A stretch of DNA of 64,000 nt from a virus (Duplodnaviria; Heunggongvirae; Uroviricota; Caudoviricetes). The position numbers and the translations under genes are program-made. Each line of letters begins with the position of its first letter. Within the stretch, counting starts at the first letter, position 1. The stretch lies in IMG/VR virus record IMGVR_UViG_3300044878_000087, positions 194,432-258,431 of that record; one strand, written 5' to 3'. Under the pieces are notes generated by a model, which ran no database searches, was not told the origin of the DNA, and worked only from the letters and a program-made list of their open reading frames with translations. Below, in pieces: positions 9,889-19,529 of the stretch.

Positions 9889-12009
9889 ATGCAAAGCTAT
9901 TTCCGACGTTTGATGGGCGTCGTAGTTGCCAAAGAGCAAGGCAATGAAATCATCCTCTCCGGGGTAAACGGGAACCATCTCGTACGGGACATTTCTAAGT
10001 ATTGGAAGACATCGCGTATTGCGACTAACATTTTCAACAATGCATCTAATACAGAGCTTCGGTTCTACAAATGGTTCGCCCCTGACTTCCTGTACATTCT
10101 AGATAGCGTGATGAACTATCGCTCACGTTACATTTCAGTTAAGACTGCTGCTGCTATCCGCGCAGCTATGATCGAATCGACATGGGTTGGTCAAGCCTTT
10201 GCTAAACCTGACCCAAATGCTGTTGGACGGTTAGACTTCTCTAAGCTCAAGAATCTGAAGTTTGATGCCAAGCAACCACAACTCGATTACTTTAAGTCCT
10301 ACAACACTCGACTGGATCAATGGAACCTAATCGGGGATCTGCTCCATGCCGAGCCTGGTACTGGTAAGACGTACATGTGTACGGCTATCGGTGAAATGCT
10401 AGGTGCTGATAAGATGGTGTTCTTCTGTGAGAAGCGCGCCATTGAAGTTGTGTGGGAAGCATCGATGGATGAGATGTATCACGAGAAACAAACCGTGTGG
10501 TCCTCAGCAATGGGCAGACCTTACAATAATGAACGGATTATCATCGTTCACTACCAGTGGTTGTCTAACTTCCTCGACATGATTCAGACAGGCATGTTTA
10601 AAGGCCAGAAGATCTTCACTGCGCTTGATGAATGCCACAACATGAACGACCCTAAGTCTTTGCAGACACAGCTCTACATCGCGTGTGTAAAGGCTTTGGG
10701 TGGACAAGACAATATCTTGGCTTCTGGTACTCCGGTGAAAGCACTGGGTGCCGAACTGATCACGTTGATGACTGTAGCCGATCCATTGTTTACTCCTGAA
10801 GTAGAAGCACGGTTCCGATTGATCTATGGTAAAGAAGGCGGTAAGGGTCTTGACATTATTCGACACCGAATGGGCTTCATGTCTTTCTTCATTGCGAAGA
10901 CTGAAAAGGATACTGGTCTCAAACCACCGATCATGAAACCGTACAAGATCCAGATCCCTACTGGTAACAACTTTACATTGCCGGCTATTAAGGTGGTAAT
11001 GGAAGCGTTCATCAAAGAGCGGGTCAAGTACTACAAAGAACGTAAGCCTCAAGACGATCGATACTGGGCTGAGTGCATTCGGTTACATGAAGCCACTCTA
11101 CGAACAAAAGATCAGATCGCTGCTTATAATGAATATCGCCGTGTGTTGAAGATTGTTATTGCCAACCCTGATCCACGATTCACAGGTGAAGAGATCAAGG
11201 CTACAAACAAATACGAGAAGATGGTGTTTGGTCCATCGCTACCACAAGCAATGATCCATCAATTCCGTGATGTTAAGTCGGCAATCAAATACGTCATGCT
11301 CAAGATCCAAGGGGAAACTCTAGGGCGTATCCTTGGTGGGAAGCGGATTGAATGTCACGTTGCTATGGTTCCGCATGTTGACTGGGTTGGTATCGTAGAA
11401 TCGACTCAAAAGAAAACGATCATGTTTACCTCGTTCGTTGAAGCTTTGGAAGCATCGGATGCGCATACCCGTAAGCTCGGGATGACACCTATCGCCGTGT
11501 ATGGGAAGACTTCTAATGAACTGGCATCTATCGTAGGTCGGTTCGATAAAGAGCCTAACCTGAACCCTCTGCTCGCTACATACGCATCGTTGGCTACTGC
11601 TGTTCGTCTGACGATGGCTGACACGATGTTGATTCTGAACTCACCGTTCCGTAGCTATATTCTGGAACAAGCTATCGCTCGTATCTGGCGTATTGGTCAG
11701 GACTCTCAGTGCGTTGTATTTACAGCCGTACTGGATACAGGTGACGTACCAAACATTTCCACTCGGTCTTCGGATATCTTGGCTTGGTCTCAAGCAATGG
11801 TGGAAGAGATCACAGGGGTTAAATCTCCGTTTGAACAGAAGGAAGCATTCGAAGCCTTCACCAAAGAAAACCCAGAAGAGTTTGACGAACATCTATTGAT
11901 GCACGGTACTCTTTCAAAAGCTTTCGAACAGTTCGATATTGCTATCGATCGTAAAGAGTTCGTAATCCCTAAACAAACTGCAAACCGTGTCCCAGGTTGG
12001 ATGCGATAG
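9889..12009 (+). CDS. SNF2-like superfamily 2 helicase
   Basis: AEPGTGKT Walker A, LDECH, SGTP motif III, QAIARIWRIGQ motif VI. Confidence 0.92.
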   Translation: MQSYFRRLMGVVVAKEQGNEIILSGVNGNHLVRDISKYWKTSRIATNIFNNASNTELRFYKWFAPDFLYILDSVMNYRSRYISVKTAAAIRAAMIESTWVGQAFAKPDPNAVGRLDFSKLKNLKFDAKQPQLDYFKSYNTRLDQWNLIGDLLHAEPGTGKTYMCTAIGEMLGADKMVFFCEKRAIEVVWEASMDEMYHEKQTVWSSAMGRPYNNERIIIVHYQWLSNFLDMIQTGMFKGQKIFTALDECHNMNDPKSLQTQLYIACVKALGGQDNILASGTPVKALGAELITLMTVADPLFTPEVEARFRLIYGKEGGKGLDIIRHRMGFMSFFIAKTEKDTGLKPPIMKPYKIQIPTGNNFTLPAIKVVMEAFIKERVKYYKERKPQDDRYWAECIRLHEATLRTKDQIAAYNEYRRVLKIVIANPDPRFTGEEIKATNKYEKMVFGPSLPQAMIHQFRDVKSAIKYVMLKIQGETLGRILGGKRIECHVAMVPHVDWVGIVESTQKKTIMFTSFVEALEASDAHTRKLGMTPIAVYGKTSNELASIVGRFDKEPNLNPLLATYASLATAVRLTMADTMLILNSPFRSYILEQAIARIWRIGQDSQCVVFTAVLDTGDVPNISTRSSDILAWSQAMVEEITGVKSPFEQKEAFEAFTKENPEEFDEHLLMHGTLSKAFEQFDIAIDRKEFVIPKQTANRVPGWMR

Positions 12010-12019
12010 GAGTTACAAA

Positions 12020-12382
12020 ATGGCTGCAATGACAAAAGACCAAATGATCGCTGAGATCAATGCTTGGTTCACAAAAGTAGAAGCAGGTGGCATTGGTGCT
12101 GGTGGTCGATTCCGCTATATCACTGGTAGTGTTCCTGCAAACGGTTCCGTCGTTTACGATGCTCCTGGTATCATCGGTTACAACACCACTACCCACTATG
12201 TTTATTCCGTAGGTGTGGAACTTCGAATGGTCGATCCATTCACTACACCAAACCCACCAGTTATCCAAGCAACAGCCGTACTCGATTACGCTATTGCTGC
12301 TGACGGTAAGATCACCCTGCGTAACAACCACAGTGCAGCTGTGACCTATCATGCCCGTATCACTGAACCTGTATTGAAGTGA
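12020..12382 (+). CDS. putative virion/tail-associated protein
   Basis: GGAG RBS before ATG 12020; beta-rich; co-oriented with the following large gene. Confidence 0.65.
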   Translation: MAAMTKDQMIAEINAWFTKVEAGGIGAGGRFRYITGSVPANGSVVYDAPGIIGYNTTTHYVYSVGVELRMVDPFTTPNPPVIQATAVLDYAIAADGKITLRNNHSAAVTYHARITEPVLK

Positions 12383-12386
12383 GTGA

Positions 12387-14336
12387 ATGATGGCTGAAAT
12401 TATCGCAACCCTAGAGCCTGGTGCATATACGGGTTCACGGTCAGTCACAATTAAGTTCCCAGCTAATACACGGAAGGCGATTATTACTCGTGATAATCGT
12501 CCACCTGTACTTACAGAGATCTTGGCCTACGATACCGGTTACATTCAACCTATCCCTTCACGTACGGATGGTACCGGTACTGGTCCAATCATAAACCGCC
12601 CATTCACTGCCGTTACACAAGATGGCCGTGGCAATGTGATCTATGATGGGGGATTCCCTAAGTTCTATAACATTCAAATCAAGAACAATAATGGTGGAGT
12701 CTGGCCAGCTGTTCGTCCGACCACATTAGCTGGATTGCCACCACAATGTAAGTACTTGTACAATGCATTGAACTTTATTGCTAACCCACGAAAAGTAGCG
12801 CAAGGTAACAGAAAGATTTTGTTTCTGAACAATACTCAACGGGATGCAATATACAACATCTTAGGTTCCCACTATAACCCTGATCCATCGCAAGTACCGA
12901 CAAACGGCGAACTTTATGGTTTCCGTGATACCTTCAGTGCGGTGTGTCAAATTGGTGGCTGGGTACCAACTTACTACGATTGTTCCTCTGCTGGTAACGT
13001 TCCGTTAAGTTTAACCCTGGCAACATTCGATGCATTTGCTGCAGTCGTATTTCTAGCCAGTCATGGTGATAGTGCTCCACCAAACAGCAAGATCACTGAA
13101 GCTACGGCCAGTGCATTGGCACAATACCGTAACGCGGGTAATGGATTAGCGATCATTACGGACCACTGTAATGATAACTTCTCCAGTTTGGATGATGCGG
13201 TGGCACGTGGGGGTATCTTTGGTGGTGATGCTACGAAAGTAGCTAAGTACTTCGGTGCTTACTTCTCCGGTGAGGTATTCCGCCAACCTGTTCAGGTAGG
13301 TGAGATCCGTCGTCAAATTGGTTTGCCTGGTCCACCAGAAGACCACCCATTGTTAGCGGGCATGTCTGACTCAGAATACATCTTTGCTGGTGGTTCTGAA
13401 TCTTTGATTAAGCCTGAGCTTTATCCAGATGACATTGTTGACCCAAGCACTGACTGGACACTCAACATGACTACTGCGGGTACTTACCGCGTTAACGTGT
13501 TGATCCAACTTGAGACTGGTGAGATCATTACTCGCCCACTTAAGTACACCATCATTAACCCAGCCGATGTGAAGATCGTTGATAGTTTGAATAACACTCT
13601 CGCTGATACTACATCTACCTATAAAGCAGCATTCGATTTCCAATTGAAAGCTGTGGGCACGGCACAGGGGTTGCTGAGTGGTGAGGTTCAGCGGAACGGA
13701 GTACTGCAAGGTTACTTCACGTCTACTAACGATGTGAACGCATACCAACTGTTCTCTGGTGCTGGTCGTGGCATGCCTGTGGCTGATGGCGATACAATCA
13801 CAATGTTCATCAAAGACCCTTACGAGTTTAAGATGTCCACTACGGTGACGCTCACAGGTTCTGATGTGGTATTAGCTGCTTCTGGTTCATATCCACAGTT
13901 CTTGAAAGCCCTGCGTACGCTACCGATGTATTCGGGTAAAACCGATGCAGTGATCATGACTGACCTTACGACCTTCACTAACACTAACCATGCTGGTGAA
14001 ACAGAACGTGTGACTAATGCTCCAACACACATCTGGCGTAAGATGGGCAAATCACGACTACCATTCGTTGGCAACAAGCCATTAGGGAATTGTCAGTTGT
14101 GGATGGCCACCAGTCCAGCTGAATGGGATACCACCAAACCAGTTGGTCCTTCTCCTGGTGCAGCTGCGATCGTCGCAACAACCAATGACGTCTATTATTG
14201 GGATGACCTTCCAATGGTGTGGACACTGCATCCACAAAAGGCAGATGTATTGTTTGGGTTAAACCGTGGGGTAATCAACTCCCGGAATACCACCGAGACG
14301 TGGTTGATTGGTAGTGGTAGTACCGTCAAGCAATAA
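12387..14336 (+). CDS. putative tail fibre or virion structural protein
   Basis: 649 aa, Gly/Thr/Pro-rich and beta-rich; GRGNVIYDGGFPKFYN motif recalled from phage tail proteins; function inferred. Confidence 0.55.
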   Translation: MMAEIIATLEPGAYTGSRSVTIKFPANTRKAIITRDNRPPVLTEILAYDTGYIQPIPSRTDGTGTGPIINRPFTAVTQDGRGNVIYDGGFPKFYNIQIKNNNGGVWPAVRPTTLAGLPPQCKYLYNALNFIANPRKVAQGNRKILFLNNTQRDAIYNILGSHYNPDPSQVPTNGELYGFRDTFSAVCQIGGWVPTYYDCSSAGNVPLSLTLATFDAFAAVVFLASHGDSAPPNSKITEATASALAQYRNAGNGLAIITDHCNDNFSSLDDAVARGGIFGGDATKVAKYFGAYFSGEVFRQPVQVGEIRRQIGLPGPPEDHPLLAGMSDSEYIFAGGSESLIKPELYPDDIVDPSTDWTLNMTTAGTYRVNVLIQLETGEIITRPLKYTIINPADVKIVDSLNNTLADTTSTYKAAFDFQLKAVGTAQGLLSGEVQRNGVLQGYFTSTNDVNAYQLFSGAGRGMPVADGDTITMFIKDPYEFKMSTTVTLTGSDVVLAASGSYPQFLKALRTLPMYSGKTDAVIMTDLTTFTNTNHAGETERVTNAPTHIWRKMGKSRLPFVGNKPLGNCQLWMATSPAEWDTTKPVGPSPGAAAIVATTNDVYYWDDLPMVWTLHPQKADVLFGLNRGVINSRNTTETWLIGSGSTVKQ

Positions 14337-14344
14337 CGACATAT

Positions 14345-14365
14345 CGCCTTCCCGTTGGGGAAGGC
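14345..14365. terminator. bidirectional terminator between convergent genes
   Basis: CGCCTTCCC-GTT-GGGAAGGCG flanked by GACATA and TATGTC. Confidence 0.8.
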
Positions 14366-14372
14366 GTTTATG

Positions 14373-15026
14373 TCATTTCAAGCTGCGTTGCTGATCGAAC
14401 AACAGAATCGTGTTATGGGTTAGCACAACGTGGAAACGGTTCTTAGACAGAGAAGCTGACAACAATGCAACCGCAGTACGATGGTCGACTGTTTCTTCTA
14501 CTGCTGGTACTTCAGCATTACCTAGTTTAGCATTGCCCTTAGGGGTAGGGCGTTGACGCATGCGCCATTTACGATCAGAGCGAATGTTGTCTTGTTGTGC
14601 TTTACGGAACATCAAGATCAATTGTTCTGCCAAAGTATCTAGGTCTGTCAGTTGTGCTTCAGGACCAGTCAAGTGGAAAGCAACACGAGCTAGTTCTACG
14701 TGAGTAGAATTGTTATCGATTACTTCACGGACAGATGGATCGAAGTCCAGAGCACGGATAACGATAGTAACTTGATCTTTGTTACGCAGTACTTCAACAG
14801 TGCGGATGAAATCAGTCATACCGAATTGACGTTCAACAGCAGTCATTTCGTCAGCGATGGTTTCGAGTTCTTCACGATCTTCTTCACCAGAGTGACGAGA
14901 GAAAGCAAACATTAAATCTGCAAGCGTTGAATGGGGATACGACGTAGACATCAGTAACCGCAGTAACGTCTCAGGACGGTTCTTTCGGTTAGGCCGAGAT
15001 GTCATTCGGAGGTAGTTGCTAGGCAT
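14373..15026 (-). CDS. hypothetical protein
   Basis: 217-aa ORF with GGAAACC upstream. Confidence 0.8.
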   Translation of the reverse strand: MPSNYLRMTSRPNRKNRPETLLRLLMSTSYPHSTLADLMFAFSRHSGEEDREELETIADEMTAVERQFGMTDFIRTVEVLRNKDQVTIVIRALDFDPSVREVIDNNSTHVELARVAFHLTGPEAQLTDLDTLAEQLILMFRKAQQDNIRSDRKWRMRQRPTPKGNAKLGNAEVPAVEETVDHRTAVALLSASLSKNRFHVVLTHNTILLFDQQRSLK

Positions 15027-15047
15027 GAGGAGGTTTCCATAAAGGTA

Positions 15048-15482
15048 TTAAGACAGACCTTCTTTGACTAAGAAGCTATCGCGGATTGCACGAGCGTCAA
15101 AGAGGGCATTGTGAAGAATTTTGGATTTCTTAGCAGATAGATCGTCGTCAACAATAAAGTTCAACGGCTGGATCATAATCCATTTACCCATACCCAAGTC
15201 TAGAGCACGACTGAAGTATGCGATGTCATTGATGTGGTCTGCTATAATAGTCATGCCTGGGAACTGATCCACGAAGGTTTTCAGCTTGGCATTAAATTGT
15301 TCTGTTGTGATTGGTGCTTTCTGCAGAATAGGAATGACGTTAGCCTTTACCCATTCATCTGCCACCAGCGAGTGCGGTAAGACTTCGTAGAACTCACGTT
15401 GTCCATCTTCGCTAACTAGAGCAACAGAGATGAGTGTACGGGAAGCGTCTTCGAACTCGCAATCGAGGAAAAACAGTGCCAT
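15048..15482 (-). CDS. DEDDh (DnaQ-like) 3'-5' exonuclease
   Basis: FLDCEF ExoI, DHINDI ExoII-like, HNALFDA ExoIII. Confidence 0.85.
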   Translation of the reverse strand: MALFFLDCEFEDASRTLISVALVSEDGQREFYEVLPHSLVADEWVKANVIPILQKAPITTEQFNAKLKTFVDQFPGMTIIADHINDIAYFSRALDLGMGKWIMIQPLNFIVDDDLSAKKSKILHNALFDARAIRDSFLVKEGLS

Positions 15483-15541
15483 GATAAATTTCTCTTGATA
15501 AAAATGATCATACTAATAGGAAGAAAAAAAAATAATTCATG

Positions 15542-15557
15542 GCCACCCGAAGGTGGC
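15542..15557 (-). terminator. UUCG terminator
   Basis: GCCACC-TTCG-GGTGGC then ATGAATTATTTTTTTTT on minus. Confidence 0.75.
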
Positions 15558-15570
15558 AACTATGAGATCT

Positions 15571-16179
15571 TTATTCCTTTGGTGTTATAGACCAATCATT
15601 CCAACGAGGTTTATCACTTCGCGCTCGATTTAAGATAGTACCTATATCTAAATTGAATGCTTTGCCTGCTTCTTGTGCTGTGCGGTAGTTCACACCAAAT
15701 GCAGTTATTCCAACACGATTCTTTTCAGCCGCCGCCTTACGTGTAGCTTCGTCAATACCTCTGGCCTTCTCACGTATTTTTCTTTTAGTTTCCTCTGTGT
15801 GTTTGGTACCAGTCATCAGTAATGCTCGTTCTGCACGACGTTCAGGTGTCCATGATGCTTTATGTGCATCTGACATTATTTTACGAACTTCTTCACTTAC
15901 AAGCTTTGCCAGCCTTTCATTTGCTAAAAGAGGATCATCTTTATTTTCAATAATCATCTTTCTTTCTAATTCGATTGCTTCTTCTTTAGTGGCCGTTGGT
16001 ATCTCTTCCCAAACTAATCCTTTATCAATATTGTTATATGCATATTGAATTAAGCTACTGTTGTGTGTGCCATGCCGTAATCTAGAACGATGTTCACTTT
16101 GACGACGGATATAATTGCTTGTACTGCCGATATAAAATAACCCCGTCGAAGGATGACGAAGAATATAAACGCAACTCAT
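15571..16179 (-). mobile_element. free-standing GIY-YIG homing endonuclease
   Basis: CVYILRH...FYIGST..R..EH; TGTKHTEETKRKI NUMOD3; C-terminal HTH-like module; AT-rich. Confidence 0.9.
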
Positions 16180-16209
16180 TTTGAAACTCCATTTGTTTTA
16201 TGCATGATA

Positions 16210-16217
16210 GTTATATA
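16210..16217 (-). promoter_or_regulatory. early promoter variant (TATATAAC)
   Basis: AAACTATTTTTGAAGCTATATAAC upstream of the endonuclease. Confidence 0.6.
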
Positions 16218-16244
16218 GCTTCAAAAATAGTTTAAACAAAATAA

Positions 16245-16264
16245 AGCCTCCCCGAAGGGAGACC
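16245..16264 (-). terminator. UUCG terminator
   Basis: GGTCTCCC-TTCG-GGGAGGCT then TTATTTTGTTT on minus. Confidence 0.8.
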
Positions 16265-16266
16265 TA

Positions 16267-16749
16267 TTAATGTGTCAACAAGTTCTTGAGAATCTGACAG
16301 GCCGCTAACACTTTGCCACGAGCGCTACGTGTGTAGATATCATACCGTTCGCCAACCTTCTTAGGATTGTTGCTGGCTAACATTAAATCTAACACGTACT
16401 CATCCATTTTGATGTTGTTCAATACGAACAACGCTACCTCGTGGTCCCACTTACGACTCACTACCATACCAGCCCTAATATACCTTACGGCTAAGTCCTG
16501 ATCGAAACCAAGAGCTTTTAGCCAGGTTAAGCGCCCTTCCGTGTAGATACCGCGAGTCCGAGCATTTGACGGTACGGCGACAATATAACCAGTGCCAGGG
16601 CACCGGGTGTCACCGATTGTGCGAATGTTCCAATCGCCCAGCATCCGCGGGACTTTAGACAGATCATCTAATTTCCCGTAATAGCCTATGGCCAAGCCCT
16701 TAAGCGTTTGCTCATCGATGGCCTGGACGGTATTGTGCGTGATTACCAT
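16267..16749 (-). CDS. hypothetical protein
   Basis: 160-aa ORF with AAGGAGG RBS. Confidence 0.8.
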   Translation of the reverse strand: MVITHNTVQAIDEQTLKGLAIGYYGKLDDLSKVPRMLGDWNIRTIGDTRCPGTGYIVAVPSNARTRGIYTEGRLTWLKALGFDQDLAVRYIRAGMVVSRKWDHEVALFVLNNIKMDEYVLDLMLASNNPKKVGERYDIYTRSARGKVLAACQILKNLLTH

Positions 16750-16820
16750 GTCCCCTCCTTAATTGGGGATTCTTGTATGCTACATGAGATTGAACAGGAA
16801 TCCCTAATCATGTAAATGAA

Positions 16821-17060
16821 TTGGAGGTATATATGCATCAAGAATCTTGGCTCAAAAGAAATCTACCGATGGTTGCAGCAGCCGGTAGTACACTCGTGGC
16901 AGTAGCGACTGTAATTGGTTCGGCTATTATAATGTCGAAGTTGGGTGATCAAATAGTTCTGTTAGAAGAACGCTTAGACAACAACACTGGATGGCTATTA
17001 GAAGAAGTCATTGCGGTAGGACAAGACGTTAAAGATATCCGGGACGAACTCGACAGCTAA
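16821..17060 (+). CDS. small single-pass membrane protein with coiled coil
   Basis: GGAGGT RBS (start probably ATG 16833); hydrophobic VAAAGSTLVAVATVIGSAIIM. Confidence 0.7.
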   Translation: MEVYMHQESWLKRNLPMVAAAGSTLVAVATVIGSAIIMSKLGDQIVLLEERLDNNTGWLLEEVIAVGQDVKDIRDELDS

Positions 17061-17080
17061 CAAAAAAAAAATAATGGATA

Positions 17081-17100
17081 GCCAGCCCCGAAGGGCTGGC
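17081..17100. terminator. terminator hairpin between convergent genes
   Basis: GCCAGCCC-CGAA-GGGCTGGC; UUCG loop and T-run on minus. Confidence 0.8.
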
Positions 17101-17106
17101 CATTAT

Positions 17107-17445
17107 TTAGGCTGGTTTGTAAACCTTGTATTCGCGATAAAGCTCTTCGAGAGCTTCAGTGACTCGCTCCTTAACCCAGGACGAGTAATGGGATGAATCT
17201 ACCTCCACCAAGTTTTCCCCGAAGGTAATACTTGAAATACCATGATCCCAGTACTGAGCGACATCTAAGCCGCTCTGTTCTGCTTCTACCTTTAAGCCAG
17301 GTAGGGCGGCTTCCAACTCCTTGCGATATCTCGCACTGAGCTGTTCAACAATCTTGCGATCATTGTTAAAATCTTTAGCGCATTTCAGTGCCACGCCAAA
17401 CACGGTACCAATTGCCAGGGTAACGCTGGTTTTAACAAACGACAT
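17107..17445 (-). CDS. early protein with N-terminal membrane anchor (MSFVKTSVTLAIG...)
   Basis: AAGGAG RBS before ATG 17445; early promoter at 17483. Confidence 0.75.
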   Translation of the reverse strand: MSFVKTSVTLAIGTVFGVALKCAKDFNNDRKIVEQLSARYRKELEAALPGLKVEAEQSGLDVAQYWDHGISSITFGENLVEVDSSHYSSWVKERVTEALEELYREYKVYKPA

Positions 17446-17482
17446 GTGAAGCTCCTTAGCTTTTGACTGTATTGTCACAAAA

Positions 17483-17490
17483 GTAATATA
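17483..17490 (-). promoter_or_regulatory. early promoter (TATATTAC)
   Basis: AAAACTTTTAAACCGCTATATTAC. Confidence 0.8.
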
Positions 17491-17528
17491 GCGGTTTAAA
17501 AGTTTTAAATAAAAGAAAACGACATATT

Positions 17529-17548
17529 GGCTCTCCTTCGGGAGAGCC
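17529..17548. terminator. terminator hairpin
   Basis: GGCTCTCC-TTCG-GGAGAGCC; T-rich tail on minus after the DUF3307 stop. Confidence 0.8.
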
Positions 17549-17554
17549 GTTATG

Positions 17555-17920
17555 TTATTCCACCAAGAAAGGAACTTCCATTGCTAACAGTACAACCCAC
17601 AATACCTTACAACCTATGTGCAACAGTTGGTCAGTATTGAAGCCGATACGCCCGTCACATTTCAACCAATCGATAACTGAGTGCGCAACAAACTCAGCTA
17701 CCGCTAATAAGAAGGAACCTGTAACAATGTACACTGGTAAAGCATGAATCAACCCGTGCGAAGGCAATACCCATTTCCAGTACACTCGACCCAGATCAGT
17801 TGTGTGGTTCTTTGCGTTTGCAATAAAATCATTTTGCATTGGGTAATCGGCAAATGCATGACCGATACACAACAGAAAGAAAAGTTCGAGGTACGGGATG
17901 AGGGCGAGCAGAGTGTCCAT
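17555..17920 (-). CDS. DUF3307-family membrane protein
   Basis: HAFADYPMQ, HGLIH, H.VIDWLK and DQLLH motifs with several hydrophobic helices. Confidence 0.8.
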   Translation of the reverse strand: MDTLLALIPYLELFFLLCIGHAFADYPMQNDFIANAKNHTTDLGRVYWKWVLPSHGLIHALPVYIVTGSFLLAVAEFVAHSVIDWLKCDGRIGFNTDQLLHIGCKVLWVVLLAMEVPFLVE

Positions 17921-17927
17921 GTTTATC

Positions 17928-18599
17928 TCAGTATTTGGTTTTCGGATTTATGCCTGCTACACGATTTTCAGGCGTATAGCAAAAGAGTTCAGTGCAGTAT
18001 AGGGTCATGCGATTCGGTATATATTTCTTCAGGTCAGCGAAAGGCATCACGCGCCCCATGTAACTACATTCATTACCGGCATTGCACCAGACGTCGTAGG
18101 AGAGACTATCTTGGTCTTCTGGTACATAGACACCATCTGGCATGTCATTGTACTCTGGCAGGATCTTGACGGCTCTGATGGGGTACTTATTAGCCTGTGG
18201 ACCGTTACCATACTTAACAGCAGTAATATCACCATTAAGTTTGGTTAGATAGAAGCCTTTTGGGATGTACCAGTACGCTGTGCCGGTGTCTTCGAACTGA
18301 CCACGTGGTTCGCCATAGTTGGTTTCACACTTGCCGTCGATACACAACACTTCGTCATAGAGGCGAATAAAGAATGCTTCCTTTACTGTGCTATCCATAG
18401 TAGTCACACCGACCTCGCCCTCTTCTGGGTAAATTGTCCAACCACAGAATCCGTATGCCGCATCTTTCGCAAACGTACAGGGTGCCAGCTTCGGCACAAA
18501 CTTCGAGTAGAACACTGGAACCCCAACGTAACGCAGGGGCTCTGCAGCATTCACACTGAAAGAGAACAACATCATTAACAATGCAATTAAACGATACAC
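17928..18599 (-). CDS. secreted/periplasmic Cys-rich protein
   Basis: Signal peptide MYRLIALLMMLFSFSVNA; four closely spaced Cys pairs. Confidence 0.75.
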   Translation of the reverse strand: MYRLIALLMMLFSFSVNAAEPLRYVGVPVFYSKFVPKLAPCTFAKDAAYGFCGWTIYPEEGEVGVTTMDSTVKEAFFIRLYDEVLCIDGKCETNYGEPRGQFEDTGTAYWYIPKGFYLTKLNGDITAVKYGNGPQANKYPIRAVKILPEYNDMPDGVYVPEDQDSLSYDVWCNAGNECSYMGRVMPFADLKKYIPNRMTLYCTELFCYTPENRVAGINPKTKY

Positions 18600-18602
18600 G
18601 TT

Positions 18603-18995
18603 TTAACCCTTGACTGGACCACGGACTTGTTTGCCTTCTACACGGCTAACGGAATGTGCTGCGATTTCACCATTGACCGGTACGTTGAATAGGAACCCAT
18701 CATCGACAGCAAACCACTTGTTGATACAATGAGCACCCACCTCAGGATTATCCCAAGGCCAGACACAGATTACATCCTGCATCCAACTGGTAGAACCATC
18801 AGAAAATTCATAGGCCAGGTGGTGCTCTTTATTAGCGGCACGTATCATTACCGAACGGCGAGTACGACCGCAGTTCAGGTTATAACCTTTATCCGAAATA
18901 CGCAGGTTGATCTTGCGGTCATCGGCAATCCGGTCATCCAGTAGTTGGATTAATTGATCGAGTTGTTTCTGCGGTGAGTAACGATTAAGTGCCAT
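18603..18995 (-). CDS. hypothetical protein
   Basis: 130-aa ORF. Confidence 0.75.
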   Translation of the reverse strand: MALNRYSPQKQLDQLIQLLDDRIADDRKINLRISDKGYNLNCGRTRRSVMIRAANKEHHLAYEFSDGSTSWMQDVICVWPWDNPEVGAHCINKWFAVDDGFLFNVPVNGEIAAHSVSRVEGKQVRGPVKG

Positions 18996-19003
18996 GTTAA
19001 TTC

Positions 19004-19219
19004 CTAGTTGTGTACAAATGTAGTGAAGTATTTCTTTTTGGCATTAGCATCCATGCCCCGAATAGGTGCAGCATGTAAGCTCCAACCGTATTTATCAAAC
19101 ATCGCATACATTTCTGCCAGCGGTGGATAATCGGTTGTTACAGTAGCGAACCGTCCAGCTAGGTTAATCACAGTGGCGAACCCATAGGTCTCTCCACGTT
19201 TCAGCAATACGTGACTCAC
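19004..19219 (-). CDS. hypothetical protein (GTG start, MSHVLLKRG...)
   Basis: AGGAG RBS before GTG 19219, downstream of a terminator; in frame with the ORF-track call. Confidence 0.6.
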   Translation of the reverse strand: MSHVLLKRGETYGFATVINLAGRFATVTTDYPPLAEMYAMFDKYGWSLHAAPIRGMDANAKKKYFTTFVHN

Positions 19220-19240
19220 GATAACTCCTAACGAAATAAA

Positions 19241-19258
19241 GCCTCCCCGAAGGGAGGC
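19241..19258 (-). terminator. UUCG terminator
   Basis: GCCTCCC-TTCG-GGGAGGC then TTTATTT. Confidence 0.85.
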
Positions 19259-19265
19259 ATTATGT

Positions 19266-19517
19266 TTAGCTTTCGCTGACAACCTTGTCGGTCTTCAACA
19301 AGCCGTAATACTTCCGGAACTTTGCTTGCGTCTCTGTGAAACGGTCCTGCCGATCTGCCTTGGTGTAAGACAGGTATACGTCACGCCGTTTGACTTTCTC
19401 CAGAGTGACAAGCGTTTCCTGGCCGTTCTTCTTGGTACTGAACGTACGACCGATGTATTCGTTCAGGTCCTCGAGTTCAGACGCTGGAACAGTTACTGTT
19501 TTCTTACTGACTTGCAT
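19266..19517 (-). CDS. small basic hypothetical protein
   Basis: AAGGA RBS; codon usage like highly expressed genes. Confidence 0.75.
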   Translation of the reverse strand: MQVSKKTVTVPASELEDLNEYIGRTFSTKKNGQETLVTLEKVKRRDVYLSYTKADRQDRFTETQAKFRKYYGLLKTDKVVSES

Positions 19518-19529
19518 TTGTTGTCCTTG

